DNA of 64,000 nucleotides, taken from the sequence record PZ452606.1; one strand, given 5' to 3'. The DNA comes from a phage. Each line of letters starts with the position of its first letter. The first letter of the stretch is position 1. Shown here piece by piece: positions 42,034 through 51,761 of the stretch. The position numbers and the translations under genes are program-made. The notes beneath the pieces are model-generated. The model was not told the DNA's origin, did no database searches, and saw only the letters and a list, made by a program, of their open reading frames with translations.

Positions 42034-44297
42034 TACAATTTACACGCTGCACAATCGTCGGCTTTTGGAGTTTCTATTTCATAATCATCAGTACCAGAAC
42101 CATCACGGGTATTATGATAATAGAAATTTTTTCCGCCAAAATACCAAAAATACAAAAGGTCATCAATCATTATTGACATTGGAACCTTTCCTTTTGGAAA
42201 AATCTGTGGGTCATAATATGTATTCGCCGAAGCTGATTGACAAACCCATTTCAGCATAATAGCTACCTGCGTAAGATAAGGTTTATTACCTTTCTTAGCT
42301 AATTTCCATGTATAGTCGTAAAGGTCTATGTTATGCTCAATATTGGGCACGACTTGATTAAAGGAGCCCTCTTTTGATTCTTTAACAGAGACTGGTCCAC
42401 GTGGAGGCTCGATACCGTTTGTACTGTTAGAAACTTGGGAAGATGACTCACATGGCATAAGTGCTGATAATGTGCTATTACGGATGCCAAAGAGCTTAAG
42501 GTCTTCCCGCAGCGACGACCAGTCACAAACGTATTTTGGAGCTGCGATTTGGTCAATCTTTTTATTGTACCAGTCGATAGGTAATTCGCCTCGAGACCAA
42601 CGAGTGTCTGAATAATATTCGCAAGGTCCTTTTTCTTTGGCGAGCTTAATGGATGCTTTAATGAGTCCATACTGTAATCTCTCAAATAGTTCATGTGTTA
42701 AATCGTTAGCATCTTCATAAGAAGCAAAGTTACTTGCCAGCCAAGCTGCATAGTTGGTAACACCCACACCGAGGTTACGGCGCTTTTTAGCTTTTTCTGC
42801 TTCAGGAACTGGATATCCTTGGTAATCCAAAAGATTATCAAGAGCACGAACTTGGACTTCTGCCAATTCATTAATTTTATCTTGGTCTTGCCAATCGAAG
42901 TTATCCAGCACAAATGCAGATAACGTGCACAATCCAATTTCAGCATCGGGGCTATTCACATCATTTGTTGGAATAGCAATTTCACAGCACAAGTTACTCT
43001 GACGAATAGGTGCCTTTTCACGAATAAATGGAGTATAGTTATTCGTATTATCAATGAACTGCACATAAATCCTTGCTGTTCCTGAGCGTTCAGTCATGAG
43101 CAATTCAAATAGTTCACGGGCTTTAATGCGCTTTTTACGAATATTAGGGTCTTTTTCTGCTGCTTCGTATAATTCACGGAAACGGTCTTGGTCTTTAAAA
43201 TAAGAATAATAAAGCTCGCCACCCATTTCATGCGGACTGAACAAAGTAATGTAGTCGTTCTTTCCAAAACGTTCCATCATTAGATCATTCAGTTGAACAC
43301 CATAATCCATATGACGAATGCGGTTTTCTTCTACGCCTTTGTTATTTTTCAAAACGAGAAGATTTTCAACTTCCAAATGCCAAATAGGATAATAAGCAGT
43401 AGCAGCGCCGCCACGAATTCCACCCTGTGAGCATGATTTAACTGCAGTCTGAAAATGTTTCCAAAAAGGAATAACACCGGTATGGCGTACTTCACCCATG
43501 CCAATCTTAGAACCTTCGGCACGAATCATACCAACGTTAATACCAATTCCAGCGCGTTTAGAGATATATTCAACAATTGAAGCGGAAGCCTTATTGATAG
43601 ACTTCAGCGAATCACCTGCCTCAATAACAACACATGAACTAAACTGTCGAGTCGGAGTACGACAACCAGCCATAATAGGAGTTGGCAGTGAAATCTGTCG
43701 AGTAGATACTGCTTCATAAAAACGGATAACATGTTTTAGTCTATCAACAGGTTCATCTTGATGCAGTGCCATTCCAATAGCCATAAATGCAAACTGTGGA
43801 GTTTCATAAATTTGACCAGTGGTTTTATCTTTAACTAGATATTTTTCTTTTAATTGCATCGCCCCGGAATAAGTAAATTCCATATCCCGCTCGTGCTTAA
43901 TTTTTGATTCTAAAAATGTAATTTCTTCTGCTGAATATTTTGACAATAATTCAGGGTCATATTTACCTGCATTTACACAATAAGAAATATGGTCAATAAA
44001 TGAACGCGGTTCATACTGCCCATAAACATGCTTACGAAGAGCAAACATTAAACAACGTGCAGCTACATATTGGTAATCAGGCTCTTCAACCGAAATAGAA
44101 TTCGCAGCGGCCTTAATGACAATAGTCTGAATATCATCAGTTGTCATTCCATCACGGAGATAAGATTTAATATTTTCATATAATTCATAAGGATCTACTG
44201 ATGTTCCTTCAGCTGCCCAAGATAAAACTTTAATAATTTTTTGTGGGTCAAAGCTCTGAGAAACACCACTACTTTTGATAACATTAATTAATTGCAT
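42033..44297 (-). CDS. nrdA: ribonucleotide reductase large subunit
   Basis: 754-aa ORF; size matches T4 NrdA; class I RNR active-site Cys-containing motifs. Confidence 0.95.
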   Translation of the reverse strand: MQLINVIKSSGVSQSFDPQKIIKVLSWAAEGTSVDPYELYENIKSYLRDGMTTDDIQTIVIKAAANSISVEEPDYQYVAARCLMFALRKHVYGQYEPRSFIDHISYCVNAGKYDPELLSKYSAEEITFLESKIKHERDMEFTYSGAMQLKEKYLVKDKTTGQIYETPQFAFMAIGMALHQDEPVDRLKHVIRFYEAVSTRQISLPTPIMAGCRTPTRQFSSCVVIEAGDSLKSINKASASIVEYISKRAGIGINVGMIRAEGSKIGMGEVRHTGVIPFWKHFQTAVKSCSQGGIRGGAATAYYPIWHLEVENLLVLKNNKGVEENRIRHMDYGVQLNDLMMERFGKNDYITLFSPHEMGGELYYSYFKDQDRFRELYEAAEKDPNIRKKRIKARELFELLMTERSGTARIYVQFIDNTNNYTPFIREKAPIRQSNLCCEIAIPTNDVNSPDAEIGLCTLSAFVLDNFDWQDQDKINELAEVQVRALDNLLDYQGYPVPEAEKAKKRRNLGVGVTNYAAWLASNFASYEDANDLTHELFERLQYGLIKASIKLAKEKGPCEYYSDTRWSRGELPIDWYNKKIDQIAAPKYVCDWSSLREDLKLFGIRNSTLSALMPCESSSQVSNSTNGIEPPRGPVSVKESKEGSFNQVVPNIEHNIDLYDYTWKLAKKGNKPYLTQVAIMLKWVCQSASANTYYDPQIFPKGKVPMSIMIDDLLYFWYFGGKNFYYHNTRDGSGTDDYEIETPKADDCAACKL

Positions 44298-44614
44298 AAG
44301 TCCTCAACTTGAAAATCGTCTTTAAACAATCGGTTAACTATATGAGCTATTATATCACCATGACACGGCTTTGGTTTACATGTGCATCCTAGCCTCATTC
44401 CACGTAAAGGCTCTAAATGTGCTTTAGTTATTTCTCCGGATTTAATTCGACGTATAAAATCTTTTTTGAATAATTCAATGGCAGCCTCCCGGCTGCCAGC
44501 ATCTTTACCGACGTAATTTCCCCAAAATGTACCGCGGTGAATATTAACATCAAAGTCGGATTTATATTTATTCACTACTCGGCATAGACGGCCCACGCTG
44601 GAATAATTCGTCAT
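44288..44614 (-). CDS. hypothetical Cys/His-motif protein (nrdA.1 position)
   Basis: 108-aa ORF; [13 protein letters not shown] motif suggests metal binding; overlaps upstream ORF by 47 nt (start may be later). Confidence 0.5.
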   Translation of the reverse strand: MTNYSSVGRLCRVVNKYKSDFDVNIHRGTFWGNYVGKDAGSREAAIELFKKDFIRRIKSGEITKAHLEPLRGMRLGCTCKPKPCHGDIIAHIVNRLFKDDFQVEDLCN

Positions 44615-44843
44615 ATTGTTTTTCCGTTAATACAGTAATATCATAGTAACAATCGGAAGAAGTTTTAACTGTGGAAATTTTATTATCAAAATACTCACGA
44701 GTCATTTTATGAGTATAGTATTTTTTACCATAAATGGTAATAGGCTGTTCTGGTCCTGGAACTTCTAACTCGCTTGGGTTAGGAAGTGTAAAAAGAACAA
44801 CGCCAGAAGTATCTTTAAATCGTAAAATCATACATCCTCGCAA
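44568..44843 (-). CDS. hypothetical protein (nrdA.2 position)
   Basis: 91-aa ORF. Confidence 0.5.
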   Translation of the reverse strand: MRGCMILRFKDTSGVVLFTLPNPSELEVPGPEQPITIYGKKYYTHKMTREYFDNKISTVKTSSDCYYDITVLTEKQYDELFQRGPSMPSSE

Positions 44844-44851
44844 TAATAAAA

Positions 44852-45712
44852 TTACACCGCCATTTTTCCTTTAATTGGCAGATGAGATACATAGTTGTTA
44901 AGAACAAAATTATGAGGCTTTGCAAATTGACTCAACCAAAATACCTGCGATTCTGTGTCCCATTCATCAAATTCATCTGGAAATTTTAATTGTAATTCGC
45001 ATAAATCCATAGGTTCACGACGTAAAATTTCTTTACATTGTTCTACGTGATTCATATAGATATGAGTATTACCACCAGAAAATATCAAATCTCCAGGAAT
45101 AAGATTACACATTTTAGCTACAATATGAACTAACGTAGCATATGATGCAATATTAAATGGAAGACCGAGGAAAACATCTACCGAACGTTGATACCACTGC
45201 AAATCTAAATAGCCATTACGCACATTAAACTGATAGAACATATGACAAGGCGGTAATGCCATATATTTAAGTTCAGCTGGATTCCACGCAGAAACAATTT
45301 GACGCCTATCATTTGGCAGTTTTTTAATACGATCAACAACTTCTATAATTTGGTCTACACCGCCAAAATCACGCCACTGTTTTCCATAAATTGGACCAAG
45401 TTCACCGCTATGATATCCTAAATCTTTTGCCTGATTTTCGTAATTTTCATCCCAGACTGTTTTGCCTTGGATTAACGAATCGTGTTGAATTAATCGTAAA
45501 TCATTGACATTTGTGCTTCCTGATAAAAACCATATTAGCTCAGCAATGCATGCATTCCAGGCGAGCTTTTTAGTTGTTACTGCAGGAAAGCCTTTAGTTA
45601 AATCCCAACGCAATTTAGTACCGAACAGAGCAATTGTTCCTGTGCCTGTGCGATCATCGGTTTCATAGCCATTTTCAAAAATGTCTTTAATTAAATCTTG
45701 GTATTGTTTCAT
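44852..45712 (-). CDS. td: thymidylate synthase (uninterrupted)
   Basis: 286-aa continuous ORF; TS motifs (PPCH active-site Cys region [11 protein letters not shown]); no group I intron. Confidence 0.95.
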   Translation of the reverse strand: MKQYQDLIKDIFENGYETDDRTGTGTIALFGTKLRWDLTKGFPAVTTKKLAWNACIAELIWFLSGSTNVNDLRLIQHDSLIQGKTVWDENYENQAKDLGYHSGELGPIYGKQWRDFGGVDQIIEVVDRIKKLPNDRRQIVSAWNPAELKYMALPPCHMFYQFNVRNGYLDLQWYQRSVDVFLGLPFNIASYATLVHIVAKMCNLIPGDLIFSGGNTHIYMNHVEQCKEILRREPMDLCELQLKFPDEFDEWDTESQVFWLSQFAKPHNFVLNNYVSHLPIKGKMAV

Positions 45713-45757
45713 TTAGTACCTTATATAAATTATAATACATTTTATGAAGCTAAATAA

Positions 45758-46105
45758 TCAATACGGTTTAGCATCAAATTTTCTCTCAATTTCAGGTGTG
45801 AAATATAATTCTTTACCGCGTTTGGAAAAGCGACCAATAATATGATAATTATTCTCATCAAACGTAATATTACCAATATCCATAGCTTTCAACCAAATAT
45901 CGATATTTCTATCCAGCTTTATGTCAAAATTCCAATACGGAGAACTATTACCAAAAATACTACAAGCGGATTCAGTGAAACAGCTACTATAAATCTTGTC
46001 TTTAGGAACTACTAATTGATAGACACCTTTAATAAACTGAGGACCTTGCCATTTTGGCTGTTTCGCGTCTTTTTCTAATAGAATAGGATAATAATTAAAA
46101 TTCAT
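45758..46105 (-). CDS. hypothetical protein inserted between frd and td
   Basis: Track ORF 45758-46117 begins at GTG; first ATG at 46105 gives 115 aa (MNFNYYPILLEKDAKQPKWQG...); no recognisable motif. Confidence 0.5.
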   Translation of the reverse strand: MNFNYYPILLEKDAKQPKWQGPQFIKGVYQLVVPKDKIYSSCFTESACSIFGNSSPYWNFDIKLDRNIDIWLKAMDIGNITFDENNYHIIGRFSKRGKELYFTPEIERKFDAKPY

Positions 46106-46125
46106 ATTTTCCGCCACGCGTTATT

Positions 46126-46952
<827 letters not shown>

Positions 46953-46963
46953 ATTATCTCCTA

Positions 46964-47296
46964 TTAAAAAGGATCAGGAACATATCCGCTAGCTTTAATC
47001 ATTTTAATTAACGTTAACATTCCTTTGTTAACTGCTCGTGAGATTTCATCAAAAACTTCATCACTAAAAAGTTCTAACACGCCCTTCTGAACTTTTAATT
47101 TACAGCCAACAATTTCTTCATCGCCTATAGTAAATTCATTACCACCAATTCCACCGAAAAACTTAATTACACCAGTTAACTGTCTTCCACGAGAATATGG
47201 GTCGTGTGATAAAGTAATATGAGTCACCCCGGGTACAGTTTTAAATTGGCAGCGAATATTTACTTGTGAAATTCCAGTTACATGAATGTCAGACAT
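46964..47296 (-). CDS. hypothetical protein (frd.2 position)
   Basis: 110-aa ORF. Confidence 0.55.
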   Translation of the reverse strand: MSDIHVTGISQVNIRCQFKTVPGVTHITLSHDPYSRGRQLTGVIKFFGGIGGNEFTIGDEEIVGCKLKVQKGVLELFSDEVFDEISRAVNKGMLTLIKMIKASGYVPDPF

Positions 47297-47306
47297 AATA
47301 TTTTCC

Positions 47307-47549
47307 TCAAATAGACTTTTTCACAATTTTCCAATCAGCTTTAAACTGATCGACGTCAGAGTGATAAATCCAAAATCCTGCGCTTTCACCGTCTTCATAA
47401 AGCGGACACTCATCACATTCATCTTCCCATCCCATGCCACGTAAAAGGTGTTCAGCTTTTTCAACAAGTTCAGGATCTTTACCGATGATATTAAAATACC
47501 ATTTACCTCTAACTTCTGAATCTTTGATGCTCTGGCGTTGTAATCTCAT
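47307..47549 (-). CDS. hypothetical protein (frd.3 position)
   Basis: 80-aa ORF with CDEC motif. Confidence 0.55.
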   Translation of the reverse strand: MRLQRQSIKDSEVRGKWYFNIIGKDPELVEKAEHLLRGMGWEDECDECPLYEDGESAGFWIYHSDVDQFKADWKIVKKSI

Positions 47550-47645
47550 TTTATTCTCCTTAGCAAGCTTTAATCAAAAGATATAAACAGACCAACATAA
47601 CTGCTGCCATAATATAAGGTGCGAACATTTTCTTTTCTCCATTAG

Positions 47646-47688
47646 TTTTGATAGGGTAATAGTATCACACTACTACCCTTCTGTAAAC
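47646..47688 (-). promoter_or_regulatory. early-type promoter candidate overlapping an 11-bp inverted repeat
   Basis: Minus strand GTTTAC-17-ATACTAT; inverted repeat AGGGTAGTAGT/ACTATTACCCT (10/11) with 5-nt loop. Confidence 0.35.
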
Positions 47689-48068
47689 TACTTTTTGAAA
47701 GTTTTTCGCAAAAGTTCAATAATTTCGTCTGCATTGTTTTCGTCAACAATGCAGTGAATTTTTGCTACGCCAGAAACCTTGTCTTTGACTTCATCTTTTT
47801 CAGAAGTCGGTTCTTTATACTCACGAAAACAATGAAATTCGTCTTCGCAAATTTCTAAAAGTCTATCTTTGAGGTAAAAATGCTTTCCATTTGCGCATTC
47901 AATGTGTTTTACTGCTTTATATCCATTAGCGACGGAAACTTCTTTAACTTCAAACCATCCGCCATTATCTCGAATCGCTTTAACTATTGATGAATTAGAA
48001 CGTGGGCTATAATTAATAAATGTATCAATAAGTCTTGGAACAAGCTCATACTTTTTACCGGTATACAT
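47688..48068 (-). CDS. hypothetical protein
   Basis: 126-aa ORF between frd.x block and gene 32. Confidence 0.55.
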   Translation of the reverse strand: MYTGKKYELVPRLIDTFINYSPRSNSSIVKAIRDNGGWFEVKEVSVANGYKAVKHIECANGKHFYLKDRLLEICEDEFHCFREYKEPTSEKDEVKDKVSGVAKIHCIVDENNADEIIELLRKTFKK

Positions 48069-48113
48069 TACGTTTTCCTCATTTTAATAGGGGCTGTAAT
48101 AGCCCCTCGATAA

Positions 48114-48342
48114 TTATTGTTCAATCAGTCCCATGTAAAATTCTGCGTCTTCAGAATCCATGCCATCACAGTATTCATTAGCCATAAAGCGGGTGAGATC
48201 TTCAAGAGGACCTTCAATAACGATTTGAATACTCCAAAACTTAGAATCTTGCACGCTTGTGATACTAAGTTCAGGATAACGATTACGAATAATCTCTTCA
48301 ATATATTCAAAATCAACGATGTCAATATCAACTTTAGCCATA
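48114..48342 (-). CDS. hypothetical small acidic protein
   Basis: Track ORF 48114-48467; internal ATG at 48342 preceded by GAGG RBS gives 75 aa ([16 protein letters not shown]...); the upstream part of the track ORF looks non-coding. Confidence 0.45.
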
Positions 48343-48446
48343 TTATTTTCCTCTTTAATCATCAGCAGTATTGCCGATAGTTGTATAGTACCATAGAAGG
48401 ACAAGGATGTAAACCGTTTTGTGAAAAAAATTTTTGAAATAAAAAA

Positions 48447-48465
48447 GGGGACCTCTAGGGTCCCC
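48447..48465 (-). terminator. rho-independent terminator after gene 32
   Basis: GGGGACC-TCTA-GG(G)TCCCC, followed on the - strand by TTTTTTATTTC. Confidence 0.75.
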
Positions 48466-48487
48466 AATTAATTAGTAATATAATCTA

Positions 48488-49396
48488 TTAAAGGTCATTC
48501 AAAAGGTCATCCAGGTCCGTGTCATCAGCACTAGATGAACTGCCAGAGCTTGAGCTCATAAAATCATCTTCAGTTTTTGTATTGAAGTCATCAACATTGA
48601 ATGCATCCAAATCATCAGCAACTTTATCAGCTTTCTTAGCAGCAGTTGCAGCGGCACCGCCCATCACAGCAGTTCCCATAACTTGACTGAATTTAGTATT
48701 CAGTTCTTCAAACGATTTGAATTTATCTTTAGAAGTCATTTCAGAAAGGTCAACCATTTGTTCGAACAGTTCTTTCTGGAAAGATTCATCGTCAATGTTT
48801 GGAATCGCAGATTGATTCAGGAATTTAGATTCGTCGTAGTTACTAAATCCAGAAACCTGTTTAACTTTCAGTACAAAGTTAGCACCTTCCCACGGACAAG
48901 TTACATCAACCGGAGTTTCACCCATTTCAACATCAACCGCAATCATCGCGTTGATTTTATCCCAGATTTTCTTACCGAAACGATATTTAAATACTTTACC
49001 TTCGTTTTCTGGAGCAGCTGGGTCTTTTACAACAAGAATGTTAGCCCAGTAAGAAGTTTTACGTTTAACAAGACTGTACTCTTTATTATCAGTGTTGTAC
49101 AGATCATTTTTACTGATGTATTGACATACTGGGCAAGAATCGTAATCACCGTGGGTAGATGAACAGTTTTCAATATACCATTTACCATTTTTCTTGAAAC
49201 CGTGATTTACAAGAATTGCGAATGGTGCTTGTTCATCATTTTTAGACGGAAGAAAACGAATTACTGCTTGACCGTTACCCGCATTGTCGAGTTTCAGTTT
49301 CCACTCGCCTTTATCTTCAGAAGAAAAACCACCTTTATTTCCAGCCAGTTTAGCCATTTGCGCAGCGAGTTCAGCAGTAGATTTACGTTTAAACAT
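48488..49396 (-). CDS. 32: single-stranded DNA-binding protein gp32
   Basis: 302-aa [40 protein letters not shown]..., acidic Ser/Asp-rich C-terminus; matches T4 gp32; AU-rich operator-like leader upstream. Confidence 0.95.
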   Translation of the reverse strand: MFKRKSTAELAAQMAKLAGNKGGFSSEDKGEWKLKLDNAGNGQAVIRFLPSKNDEQAPFAILVNHGFKKNGKWYIENCSSTHGDYDSCPVCQYISKNDLYNTDNKEYSLVKRKTSYWANILVVKDPAAPENEGKVFKYRFGKKIWDKINAMIAVDVEMGETPVDVTCPWEGANFVLKVKQVSGFSNYDESKFLNQSAIPNIDDESFQKELFEQMVDLSEMTSKDKFKSFEELNTKFSQVMGTAVMGGAAATAAKKADKVADDLDAFNVDDFNTKTEDDFMSSSSGSSSSADDTDLDDLLNDL

Positions 49397-49470
49397 TTTT
49401 ATTTCCTTTTTAATTTAATTAACAGTTGGTGCTATGACGATGTATGACCTCATAGCTGGTCAGTGAGATA
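49397..49470 (-). promoter_or_regulatory. gene 32 autoregulatory translational operator (AU-rich leader)
   Basis: mRNA leader ...AAUUAAAUUAAAAAGGAAAUAAAAAUG with repeated UUAAA-type elements, preceded by a GC-containing structured segment. Confidence 0.55.
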
Positions 49471-49479
49471 ATTATAATC

Positions 49480-49487
49480 TATTTATA
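49480..49487 (-). promoter_or_regulatory. T4-type late promoter (minus strand) upstream of gene 32
   Basis: Reverse-complement TATAAATA ~85 nt upstream of the gene 32 ATG. Confidence 0.55.
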
Positions 49488-49495
49488 ATAAGCAA

Positions 49496-50149
49496 TTAAT
49501 ACTTGCAAGATTTCACAGTTTCAATAAAAACACTTTTAGCTTTCTGTGAATCAATATTTAAAATTTTTCTATAAGCCTTTAACTTTATAGAATAATTATT
49601 CCAGACTAAATTATCAGTCTGTTCATCATGTTTATCAATTATATTTAAAAACGAATCAAGCAAGATAAACGTCTCAAACGAAATTATGTTCGATTGCAGA
49701 AGTTTAAAAATATAACTTGACTGAACCTTTGGATTATATTCAAAGATTTCTTTAAAAGCAGAAACTTCAACTTTTTTACTAAAATAGTAAATATTGCGAA
49801 TATCTTCTTCAAACTTAAATTTAATTTGCTTTAAGCGTCCGATATATTCACGATAAAACACAAGTGCATCAGCGTCAGAGATGTCACCAATCCAAGCATC
49901 TTGGTTAGCAACCAAATTGCTTATAAAGATTAAAGCAAGTTCCTTTAATTTATATTTTTCTGATAACTTCTGGAAAAAATACTTATCCCTTCGCTTTTGA
50001 TAAGCGGCATCAGACACCCGCATGCACCAATTATACTTAATAACATCATACTTTCCATTCATATGCTGTTTTATCATTAAGTATAATTTATAAACTGATT
50101 TACCATCAATGTATCTTTCACCACCAGCAGGCATGCGGAGTTTAATCAT
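49496..50149 (-). CDS. 59: helicase loader gp59
   Basis: 217-aa ORF directly upstream of gene 32; size matches T4 gp59. Confidence 0.92.
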   Translation of the reverse strand: MIKLRMPAGGERYIDGKSVYKLYLMIKQHMNGKYDVIKYNWCMRVSDAAYQKRRDKYFFQKLSEKYKLKELALIFISNLVANQDAWIGDISDADALVFYREYIGRLKQIKFKFEEDIRNIYYFSKKVEVSAFKEIFEYNPKVQSSYIFKLLQSNIISFETFILLDSFLNIIDKHDEQTDNLVWNNYSIKLKAYRKILNIDSQKAKSVFIETVKSCKY

Positions 50150-50484
50150 AGCAGAAAATCTAATGTATTAGTTTTTTCACAACGAACAACAGAAGGACGC
50201 AAAAGATTTTCGTCAATAGCTTCTGACTGAATTTTTTCAATTATACCCGAAGGAATAAATTTAGCAAATTGAGTTTCAGGAATAGAGTTTTCTTCCAAGA
50301 ATGCTGTCGTAGCTTCAAGATAACTCATTCCAAACTCTTCTACCATTTTTTCAATGATAAATCCATTTTCTTGACGATCAAGAAGCTTTGCAATTTCATC
50401 CTTTTCTTTCTTAAGGGAAAGTTCTTTTTCTGAAAGACCGGTCTCATCGACCGGACGAATATCATTTAGAGAAAACTGTGTCAT
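50146..50484 (-). CDS. 33: late transcription co-activator gp33
   Basis: Track ORF 50146-50493; start placed at MTQFSLNDIRPVDETGLSEKE... (112 aa) as T4 gp33. Confidence 0.88.
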   Translation of the reverse strand: MTQFSLNDIRPVDETGLSEKELSLKKEKDEIAKLLDRQENGFIIEKMVEEFGMSYLEATTAFLEENSIPETQFAKFIPSGIIEKIQSEAIDENLLRPSVVRCEKTNTLDFLL

Positions 50485-50731
50485 AAAGTTCAACTACCTC
50501 TTCAGTTTCAGCTTCAAACACATCACGGTTATCTTTATGATACAAAGCTAACAGACGATTAAACATCTTGCCATCAACACCAAGTTCATCTTTGGCACGA
50601 ATTCGAATATCTTTAATCAGTTCATTATAACCGGAAATTTTCAGTTTATGATCAGATGCTTCTTTAATAAATTTAGCCAAGTCTTCGCCATGGATAGCTT
50701 CATCAAATTCAACCATTTCTTTTTTAGCCAT
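50462..50731 (-). CDS. dsbA: double-stranded DNA-binding protein DsbA
   Basis: 89-aa ORF overlapping the gp33 start; size and position match T4 dsbA. Confidence 0.85.
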   Translation of the reverse strand: MAKKEMVEFDEAIHGEDLAKFIKEASDHKLKISGYNELIKDIRIRAKDELGVDGKMFNRLLALYHKDNRDVFEAETEEVVELYDTVFSK

Positions 50732-50739
50732 TATTCACC

Positions 50740-51657
50740 TCAAAATTCATTAATGCTATTAGTTAATTTAGAAAGACCCGCTTTTACAAAATATGAATAA
50801 ATTTTGCCACGCGGTGGTAATTTATATGAATTATAGTAATTCACAATGTTTGAAGCAATATTATCAGGAATATAATCAAAATCAATTAGAACTAAATTTT
50901 CTTTATAACGATTATATTCAGATTCTGTGAGAAGCACCTTAGCTTGCTCACGGTCATTAGCAATAGCTTCAACGATTGAAGTTTTCATTGAAGGAGTTCG
51001 TTCACCTTCAACTTTGGTAAACCAAAAGTCAGATCGTACTTTAACTGAAGCAACGTTATCCTTTTTGTCGCCTTTAAGGATTTTAGTCATGCAATCAATT
51101 TCAGCAGAACCGCTTTTAATTTTAACCCATTTCTTATGCATCGGTGACCATTGCTTAACATTTGGGTATTTGTGAAGCTGTGTAAAGTCACCATCCGACG
51201 AAATGATTAAAATCTTATGTCCTTCTAAAGAGAACTTTTTAACAAGAACAGCAATATGGTCATCTGCTTCATACTTATCAATATCCATAACAATGTATGG
51301 CATATAAGCTTTCAATTCATCTATAACTTTATGGCTGGATTCAAAATAACCTTCCCAGTCCCAAGTAGATTCTTCTCGTGCTTTTCCACGGTTTTTCTTG
51401 TAATAATACGCAAAATCACGACGCCAGTATCCAGATTTCGCGTTATCAATACACAGTACAATTTTAGTGTATCCAAGCGTTTTTGCTTTTTTGACATTAA
51501 ACTTAATTGAGTTCAATATCAAATGACGAACCATTGATAAATTAATTTTTTCTTTATCTGGGAAGTTTACTAAAGCAGTTGAAAGCGCAATTTGACTAAA
51601 GTCAATAAAGCAAATTCCTTCTTTGTAATCTTCATCCAACATCATTTCTAAATCCAT
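50740..51657 (-). CDS. rnh: RNase H (5'-3' exonuclease, FEN-1 family)
   Basis: Track ORF 50740-51672; start placed at MDLEMMLDEDYKEG... giving 305 aa as T4 RNase H. Confidence 0.92.
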   Translation of the reverse strand: MDLEMMLDEDYKEGICFIDFSQIALSTALVNFPDKEKINLSMVRHLILNSIKFNVKKAKTLGYTKIVLCIDNAKSGYWRRDFAYYYKKNRGKAREESTWDWEGYFESSHKVIDELKAYMPYIVMDIDKYEADDHIAVLVKKFSLEGHKILIISSDGDFTQLHKYPNVKQWSPMHKKWVKIKSGSAEIDCMTKILKGDKKDNVASVKVRSDFWFTKVEGERTPSMKTSIVEAIANDREQAKVLLTESEYNRYKENLVLIDFDYIPDNIASNIVNYYNSYKLPPRGKIYSYFVKAGLSKLTNSINEF

Positions 51658-51719
51658 ATGAACCTCGTTCAATTAGTGAGATTTCTATTATATACCATCC
51701 AAATCTTAAAGTAAACAAG

Positions 51720-51727
51720 TATAAATA
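51720..51727 (+). promoter_or_regulatory. T4-type late promoter for gene 34
   Basis: Exact TATAAATA 35 nt upstream of the gene 34 ATG. Confidence 0.7.
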
Positions 51728-51761
51728 CTTATTATTGAAAACACAATAGGAGCCCGGGAGA

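Noticed and set aside
40217-45712. Group I introns in td and nrdB
   Set aside because: Both ORFs are continuous at full expected length with no in-frame interruption, so no intron is present in this window
48683-49162. 159-aa plus-strand ORF inside gene 32
   Set aside because: Antisense to a highly conserved essential gene; Phe/Arg-rich artefactual composition
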